Assembly: GCA_964016885.1 (NCBI GenBank)
Contig: OZ024744.1
Location: 14,136,001-14,200,000, forward strand
Direction: 5' to 3'
Source of the DNA: Eledone cirrhosa
Lineage: Eukaryota
DNA length: 64,000 nt
The notes beneath the pieces are model-generated. The model saw only the letters and a program-made list of their open reading frames with translations, did not search any database and was not told where the DNA came from. A program made the translations under genes and the position numbers. This document shows, piece by piece, positions 55,690 through 64,000 of the stretch (positions are counted from its first letter, which is position 1; each line of letters opens with the position of its first letter).

Positions 55690-57700
55690 CAAAGACACAG
55701 ATTCCTTTTGGAGAAAAATATGGGGTGAAAAGAAGAATTTCAACCAAGATTCAATGTCGCTAAGAGAAATCCGAAAGAACTGCGATGTCGGAGTTGAGAC
55801 AACTTAGGAGGAATATGACTACAGTCTGGCTGGACTACAAGAAATCTTTTGATTCTGTTCCCCACTCTTGGATGATAGAGGCCCTCCAACTTGCTAAAGT
55901 CCCAGATATTATTGTCAGAGCCATAGAGAAGCTGTCTTCTTCTTGGGCTATTATCCTAAGGTTAAAGACAGAGAGGGAGGACTCTATTTTCACTGATAAA
56001 ATAAAATATTGCAGGGGTATATTTCAGGGGGACAGTCTCTCTGTGATATTGTTCATCTTGTCATTAAACCCCTTGCCCTTTCTTCTCAAGAAATGTGAGG
56101 GATACATCATTGGCTCACAGGAGGACAGAAATACGAACCTAACCCATAACTTCTTTGTGGACGATCTGAAACTCTATGCCAAGAACATGGATGGGATGAA
56201 GAATAATCTTGACCTGGTTACAACGTTCTCAAAGGATATAGGAATGGAGTTTGGCCAAGATAAATGCTCATACATGACTGTAAAGCGGGGAAAAACAACA
56301 ACCCAATCTAGTAACATTGTCATCAATGGTCTAACTGTTTCACCGATATCTGATGAGGACTGCTACAGATACCTGGGGATAGATGAGAACATATCATATA
56401 ATGGTATCTGTAATAAAGAACGCGTAACCAGGGAATACTACACCCGATTAAGAAAGATCTGGTCAACTCTCTGCGCAAAACAAAACAGTGGCTAACACCA
56501 ACGTTTGGAATACTCAATTGGACGATAGACGAAATCCGAGCAGTTGATGTTGAAACGCGAAAAATACTAAACAACAATGGAAACTTCCACATCAACAGTG
56601 ACATAGACCGCCTTTACTTGAAACGTAAGCAGGGAGGCAGGGGCCTAACATCAGTCCAGACAACATTTGAATGTCGCATTATATCTCTCCAACAACATCT
56701 ACGAACCTCGAAGCATAGGAGCCCGCTTCTCTAGCAAGTCTATCTGCATGAAACAGATAAGATCATGAGAGTTGGGAAGGAACTCCTTGAGAGATATTCC
56801 CTGTGTGATAATCAAAAACTCACACCCAGGGATGTCGCTCAGCAGTATTGCAGTGAATCCATGGATGAAAAACTGCATGCCTATCAGCAAAAAATCATGC
56901 ATGAATATGTTGCCAGGAAGCTCCAGAGTGAGAGTAATATAGATAAGGAAAGTAGTCTATCTTGGACCAACAACCGCTATATTGGCTCCCACTTTGAAGG
57001 ATACGCTTTTGCAATCCAAGAACAGGAGATTAGCACGAAATACCTGATTCACAAAAGAGATAGGGATGCAGGCACAACACCTAGATGTGATAACAAGTGC
57101 AGACTCTGCAGAACTAACATCGAGGATATCACCCATGTCATCAGCAGCTATCCAAAGATGTCATCGCGGTACTATCTACCTATGAGGCATGATGTAGTGA
57201 CCAAAACACTGTACAATGCAGTTAGTAAAAAGATAGCCCCGATAATACACACATTAAAAGCTACAACAATGTGGAAGACACCCATCTACATAATATGAAA
57301 GAGTACTGGTGGAATGTTCCAGTAAAAACCCCAATAAAATGCAGGCATAACAGACCAGATATTATGATATGGGACAGGGAGAAGAAAACATGCACAGTAG
57401 TGGTAATTAGCTGCCCAGCAGATGCCAATATAATATCAAAGATTAGTGAAAAGGAGAATATTTATGCAGAACTGATGAGATATCTGCAGATACTCCACCC
57501 TGATTACACATTCAGATTTATGCCTGTGATTATTGGGACACTGGGTATGTTAGTAACTCCCTCAATACAAATTTTGAGAAGCTAGGCTTCACAGGAACAG
57601 AAAGAACACAACTAGTTAGGAAACTACAAGTACAATCCATTAATGGAATAGTAAAAATATGTAAAACAAAACATTCCAAAAATGTTGCATCTAATAACTG
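55690..57700 (+). mobile_element. R4-clade (second family) RLE non-LTR element, 5'-truncated and disrupted
   Basis: FWRKIW, WLDYKKSFDSVPH, GIFQGDSLS, FVDDLKL, CRLC..HVIS, HNRPDIMIWD; starts at (CATA)n. Confidence 0.9.
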
Positions 57701-57805
57701 CATATACACATGTACAGATACAAAGCATATACACATGCACACATACAACTCAAAACATCCACATCCACACATACAATAACATCCATATCTACACATGCAT
57801 GCATA

Positions 57806-58269
57806 TGTGGTAAAATGAAGTATCCTAGTTGGATTGTTTATCGACATAGACGTGAAGGAAGGTCCCTCGTCTATTTACCATTTTTTGTAAGTGAGAATTA
57901 TAACAAGTGAGTGGGGTGTGTGCGTAAACAAGACAATAACCACAACGAGAGTTATATTTAACAAATGTAAATAATGGTGATGTTTATTTTGTTTATATGT
58001 GTTTATTATATTACAAATGAAACATACCAAATATAGACGCGGTCAGTTGTGGTGAAAGGAGCGTATTACAATTACAAAGGTATTGTGGGGTTTGCTGTTT
58101 GCTGTTCCCTTGGCTGTTTATCGTTTCGTGGTACAGAGGCTGTTTTCTGCGGCGTGTGTTTAGTCTGCTTTCCGGTGGCTGTCTGTGTTTACCTCTGGTG
58201 TTCTCAACCAGGGGGAGACAACTAGGCTTGGTCCATTATCCGCCAGGAGGCGTGACTCGTCTTACTACA
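57806..58269 (-). repeat. 3' LTR (464 bp)
   Basis: Direct repeat of 63050-63539. Confidence 0.95.
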
Positions 58270-58488
58270 GTATCTCTTGCCAGATTTTCAAATCATCGAA
58301 AATCGATGTTATTACTCACACGTGGAGTAAGATGGCGAACAATGCAACAAGGGGGAGCTATTCGCTCTACCAATCATTAAATCCAAAATAAGGATTTGAA
58401 AAATGTTAAAAAAAACAACATGCGTGAAAAACAAGGCAAAGAAAAAAGCAGAAACACAGAGGCAAAAAAAAGGTGCAGCTAACATAGT

Positions 58489-61400
58489 CTAAATATAGAC
58501 GGTGCTGCAAAACTTTTTGGGCCAGTGGACCCTACGACCTGAACGGGTCGTGGTCTTGTAACGTGGCGATGGTGGTGGTGTAGGGACAGGCGATGATGGT
58601 GGTTCAGGAACAGGCGTTCGCTCAACAGGCAAATACAAAGGGGTTCGTGGATCAGGAACCACAGCGTCCGTGTCAAGGTGTGCCTGCTTAAGCCTGTCTA
58701 TTGTAACTGTCTCCCTGGACCCTTTAATATCTAAAGTGAAATGCTTAGCCGAGCGCGCTAAGACACGGTAAGGTCCAGTGTAAGGCTGTGTGAGCGGGGG
58801 CTTCACAGAATCTTTCCTTTCAAAGACATGCGTCCACGAGGCAACATCCCTCGGGACAGCAGTCTTGACAGTTTGTTTCCTAGTGTCCATTGGCAGCAAA
58901 TCCTGGAAATATGAGCGCAAACGGGACACGTAGGAAGCGTGATCTTGGGCATCAAGATCGATAGGGGCAAGCATTTGCCCGGGCAACGTCAGAGGGGCAC
59001 CGTATAGTACTTCGACCTTCACCGTTGACCGAATCCCTAGTAGCACAATAGGGAGGTATTCGCTCCAATGCGCCGAGTCCATTGAGGCCATTAAGGAGGC
59101 CTTCAGTTGTCAGTGAAAACGCTCCACCATACCATTCGAAGCGGGATGGTACGCCGTAGTTCTGATACGTTTAGCACCAATTAATTTTGACAGTTCGAGG
59201 AAAAGGCTCGACTCGAACTGTCCTCCACGGTCGGTAGTTACTGTGGATGGAACTCCATAACGAGAGATCCATCCAGACACAAGAGCACGCGCTGTTGTCT
59301 CAGCGGTGATGTTTTTCAAGGGGATGGCTTCAGGCCATCTCGAAAAACGGTCAATTATGGTCAGCAGATAATAATAACCATCGCTGACAGGCCAAGGTCC
59401 CACTATATCAATATGAATGTGCGAAAAACGCGCATCTGGGTTAGTAAAGGTACCCAGGGGAGCCTTGACGTGTCGATGGACCTTTGATTTCTGGCAAGCG
59501 ACGCAGGAACGGCACCAAGCAGCAATTTCACGCCTCATATTTGGCCAGAAAAATCTAACTGATATGAGATTTGCTGTGGCAGAAGATCCTGGATGCGAGA
59601 AACTATGTAATTCCAGAAACACGGTCCGACGATGATTCTCTGGAACGAAGGGCCTAGGCACGTCCAAAGAGACGTCGCAGAGAATTTGGCTAACTGCAGT
59701 CGACAGAGGCAAGTATTTCATCTCGCAATTCGCAGACTCGGGCGATGTAACATCCAATGACTCAAGGGGAGGCTGATCCGCAGCCAAACGAATCAGGTCT
59801 ATGTCAGAGGGTGACGAGATCGCTGTCACGGATAAGAGAGACAAAGCATCGGCCGCTGTATTTAGTGAACCCGGAATGTGTTGGATATCATTCGTATATT
59901 GTGAGATGAAATCAAGGAGTCTCGTCTCTCTGGGCGAGTATTTATCAGCCTTCGCTCTCAATGCAAAAGTCAATGGTTTATGGTCAGTGAGGATAGTAAA
60001 TTGTCTACCCTCTAGCATATGTGAAAAATGTTTCACGGCTAAATAGATGGTTAAAAGCTCTCTTCCAAAGGTGGTGTAGCGCGTCTCAGCAGGTTTCAGC
60101 TTTCTGGAAAAAAACTCCAGCGGTTGCTGGTAACCATTGATGTTTTGCTGTAGTACTGCGCCCACAGCGATATCCGATGCATCAACACAAAGCGTTAGCT
60201 TTGCACCGGGTAGCGGGTGAGCCAGTAACGAAGCATTAGCCAAAGCAGTTTTGGCGTGCTGAAAATCAGCAAGTTGAGTGTCTGTCAAAAAAATGTCTTT
60301 GTTCTTCTTCCGACAATTTTTCAAAATTTCTGTCAGTGAGAAAAGCAATCTTGCACAATTTGGCACGAAACGCCTATAAAAGTTAATCAGGCCAAAGAAC
60401 TGGCGTAACTGACGTAGTGAGGTCGGTGGAGGCAAATCCTCTATGACCTTAACTCGCTCAGGCCGGGGTCGAATACCGTAATTATCGATGACGTGACCCA
60501 AGAAAGTCAGTGACTCAGCACCAAAAACACATTTGGGTGCATTAATCTGCACGCTATACGCCTTCAATCGGCGGAAAAGAAGATTCAAATGGTGCGTATG
60601 TTGTTCTGGAGAAGAACTAGCATTGAGCAGGTCGTCAATATAGACGAAATCGAGGCCACGAGTAACCTCATCCATAAACCGCTGAAACGTACTAGCGGCA
60701 TTCCTTAATCCGAACGGCATGGTCAAAAACTCAAATGACCCAAATGGCGTAACTATAGCCATTTTTGGAATGTCATTTTTATGGACAGGAATTTGATGGT
60801 ACGCGCGAATTAAATCCAGTTTGGAGAATATCTTGCATCCCTGCAACGAAGACGCAAAGTCTTGCAGATGAGGGATAGCATAACGGTCCGGTTCCGTTAT
60901 CGAATTTAAGCGTCGATAATCTCCAGTAGATCTCCAATCGTCAGTCGCTTTCGGTACCATGTGTAATGGGGACGCCCACGGGCTCGTGGACGGACGAATA
61001 ATCCCCAACTGCAGCATATGATCAAACTCTGATCGTGCTGCTTTGAGTTTGTCCGGAGGCAAGCGACGAGGACGAGAAAAAACGGGAGCACCAGTTGTAG
61101 TTATGAAGTGCTCCGTGGTATGAGTTGGCTCATCAACTCGAAAATTTCCCTGAGTCAGTTGCGGGAACGAGTTCAACAACGCATGGTAAGTATCGCCGGT
61201 GTTCGCAAGAAAAAAGGTCGGGCTAACCGTTGGAACTCCTGCTGCCTTGCCAACCACAGTTAAACCAGTGATGCCATCAATTAGGCGTTTACGACGGAGG
61301 TCCACCGTCAATGAAAAATGGTGGAGAAAATCCGCGCCTAGAATCGGATACGGCAAGGCAGCGACAGTAAATATCCATTTAAACTCGCGCCGCAGATTAC

Positions 61401-61656
61401 GGAACTGCAAAGGTAGCGAGATTTGTCCGAAGGTTCGAATCAGCGAACAATTTACTGCCTGCAACTCAAAAGGTGTCTCAGGGGGAGTTTCCTTCATACA
61501 ACACACAGGCCATATTGAACAAACTGCACCTGTGTCCACCAGAAAGGCTCTACCTAATAGCAGGTCCTCAATAAAAAAGTGGCGGTTGGATGATGTATCG
61601 CAGAGCCCACTATCCGCCGTTAGTGACTCTGGTCGTCGTTTCCCTTGTAAGCACAA
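58489..61656 (-). pseudogene. pol: Gypsy pol (protease, RT, RNase H, integrase), one in-frame stop at 59110
   Basis: [56 protein letters not shown]. Confidence 0.93.
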
Positions 61657-62399
61657 GGAGGCCTAAAATGGGCGGCTTTGTCACCATATTTGTCATGGTA
61701 ATAACAATATGGTGGTTATGGTGTTTTGGAAGGGCTGTGGTGGCGAGGAGTTGAATAAGTTCGTGAGGGGCTCCTCTGCCGTCCAAAAGACCTGAATACC
61801 TGGCACAACTCCGCCATTTGACGAGTCATGGCTTCCATAGTTTTGACTAATTTCTCATCACTCGCTGATGAGCGTGATTGAGGAAGAGAAGAGGAAGCAA
61901 CGTACTTTGGCTTCGAAGTGTCTCTCTTCGTCACTTCTACAATTTTGTCAGCAGAGACAACAATGTGGTCGAGGGTATTTACTTCTAGCATATGGGCGAG
62001 GATCGCCTGTACCTCTTGAGGTAGGCGAGAGAAGAACAATTGCTTCAGGAAAAGGCTATCCTGATCTTGGGAATCACTCAAATCCCGCAAATGCCGGAGA
62101 AAAGCGGTAGGGGTCCTGTCACCTAATCGTTCGTCCTCGATCAATGACCGAAAACGACTCTCTACCGACTTACAGTTCCTTCTCAAGATCTCGCTTCTTA
62201 AAGACCCATACGTTAAGTCAGAGGGGGGGAGGTCTGTAATTAGATCTTGGACCGAATCTGCTAGATTAGGGGGAAGTCCGCTAATCAAGACAGCGAGGCG
62301 CTGGTCAGACTCGGTCTTACAGACCGTAATATACGCCTGTAGCTGGGCAAACCACAGCTTAGGGTTTCCAGTAAAGGCGGGCAAATGTGGCGCATTCAT
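61620..62399 (-). pseudogene. gag: Gypsy gag (premature stop at 61716)
   Basis: LPAF..NPKLWFAQ, LGDRTPTAFLRHL, LFFSRLP; downstream [19 protein letters not shown] (degenerate CHCC). Confidence 0.85.
61638..61644 (-). promoter_or_regulatory. Candidate -1 ribosomal frameshift heptamer GGGAAAC at the gag-pol junction
   Basis: X XXY YYZ motif just after the gag Cys/His box, where the pol frame opens. Confidence 0.65.
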
Positions 62400-63035
62400 T
62401 GTGAAACGTTTAAAATTAAAAAAAAATATATATATAAACAGCAATTAATGTACCCTCGTACAGGGAAAAGCAAACACCCAAAATGAAAAAAAAAATGAAA
62501 GGTCAAAAAGAAACAGACATTCAAAACATTAGGAAATGGCAAAAATACATAAAATACATATATATATTTAAAAAAAAAAAATGTTTTCCTTCAACGTCTG
62601 TCCCCTTGTGTTGCTTCAACGGGCCAGTAAATCAAATAACCCGTGAAAAAGAGAAAAAAAAATGTTTGTCTTAGAATATATCCACGTTGGATATCAACAA
62701 TAGGTAGCCTGTGGCTAAAAATCCCTTAGAAAAAAAGTAAGGCATGTATATCCCCTGCGGGGCAGTAATGTTCACAAAAAAGATTTTTTCCTTGATCAAA
62801 TATGGAATACACGCAATTCAAAATGTCTCTGTCCTGGCGGAAAATTACAAAACGGGGAAGGGAAGCAGCGCCATCTTGCAAAAAATATTGGCTGGTTTGT
62901 ATACATTGTCAATACGGTATAAACACTTTATTATTTCTCTGTCTTTTTTTTTGTATTTTCGTAAGTTGCGAAAAGGTTGGCAACGTGGTAATAACAGTGA
63001 AGTTCAACTGAATAAAAAGGCTGCGTAAAATTCTT

Positions 63036-63048
63036 ACGTCGGTCACCA
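63036..63048 (-). promoter_or_regulatory. tRNA-Trp primer binding site
   Basis: TGGTGACCGACGT one base after the 5' LTR (2 nt shorter than TGGTGACCCCGACGT). Confidence 0.8.
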
Positions 63049-63049
63049 G

Positions 63050-63539
63050 TGTGGTAAAATGAAGTATCCTAGTTGGATTGTTTATCGACATAGACGTGAG
63101 AGAAGGTCCCTCGTCTATTTACCATTTTTTGTAAGTGAGAATTATAACAAAGTGAGTGGGGTGTGTGCGTAAACAAGACAATAACCACAACGAGAGTTAT
63201 ATTCAACAAATGTAAATAATGGTGATGTTTATTTTGTTTATATGTGTTTATTATATTACAAATGAAACATACTTTGTAATTGTAATACGCTCCTTTCACC
63301 ACATAGACGCGGTCAGTTGTGGTGAAAGGAGCGTATTACAATTACAAAGGTATTGTGGGGTTTGCTGTTTGCTGTTCCCTTGGCTGTTTATCGTTTCGTG
63401 GTACAGAGGCTGTTTTCTGTAGCGTGTATATCGTCTTCTTTCCCGTGGCTGTCTGTGTTTACCTCTGGTGTTCTCAACCAGGGGGAGACAACTAGGCTTG
63501 GTCCATTATCCGCTAGGAGGCGTGAGGCGTCTTACTACA
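63050..63539 (-). repeat. 5' LTR (490 bp)
   Basis: Direct repeat of 57806-58269, with an extra hairpin arm. Confidence 0.95.
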
Positions 63540-63660
63540 CATACATACATATTTACCTAGTTGATGTTGCGTAAATTCCAATGAGAGAGTCTTGTGTCTA
63601 TTTTAGAAACCGACTCTCTCTCTATTGGTAAAACTTTGTGAAATTAGAAAACCAGAAGAA

Positions 63661-63770
63661 CATACATACACATACATACATACATACATACATACATACA
63701 TACATACATACATACATACATACATACATACATACATACATACATACATACATACATACATACATACATA
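63661..63770. repeat. (CATA)n microsatellite
   Basis: Direct reading. Confidence 0.95.
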
Positions 63771-64000
63771 ATCGGATGCTGCCGAAGTTGCAGGTGTTTG
63801 ATATTCTATTGGAGGTATCTTACTGACCTCTACCAACAAGTTCTTAAGGGAGATACACTTATACCAAAATGGTTGACATTAGCACAAACATTACTGGTCC
63901 CCAAGAACAAAGACACCCACTTGGCAAAAAAACTACCGACCCATTGCATGCCAGAACCTGATGTATAAGATGTATACAGCCTGCCTGAACCTATTCCTCC
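63771..64000 (+). mobile_element. R4-type RT fragment starting at (CATA)n, runs off the window
   Basis: PKWLT..TLLVPKNKDT....YRPIACQNLMYKMYT. Confidence 0.8.

Larger units (their letters stand above)
57806..63539 (-). mobile_element. Ty3/Gypsy LTR retrotransposon, CsRn1-like clade, near complete
   Basis: TG..CA LTRs, CATA 4 bp TSD, tRNA-Trp PBS, CHCC-type gag motif, PR-RT-RH-IN order. Confidence 0.95.

Overview
Eukaryotic (animal) intergenic DNA made almost entirely of nested, decayed retroelements and microsatellites. No host protein-coding gene is supported. The SINE families and the TA/CATA/GGT repeat load resemble octopod cephalopod genomes (inference). Contents: two R4/Dong-type RLE non-LTR elements (-) and three L1/Tx1-type LINE copies (+), most ending in or abutting (TAA/ATT)n; at least five Penelope-like (Naiad-type, C-terminal GIY-YIG) copies (+), mostly bounded by (TA)n; CRE-, RTE- and second-family R4 fragments; a near-complete CsRn1-type Gypsy element (-) with tRNA-Trp PBS; a non-coding LTR element with near-identical LTRs; tRNA-derived SINEs; a mariner-type MITE; and a 2.8 kb GGT-rich tract. 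The strongest unexplained signal is RNA structure. About 13 intact, variant or partial hammerhead ribozyme motifs lie between 19 and 44 kb, several with unusually long stem II or altered cores. Several fold-back palindromes occur, one centred exactly on a hammerhead stem II. A candidate HDV-like pseudoknot sits at the 5' end of the Dong element. All structures were read by eye and clade names come from motif recognition, not database searches.
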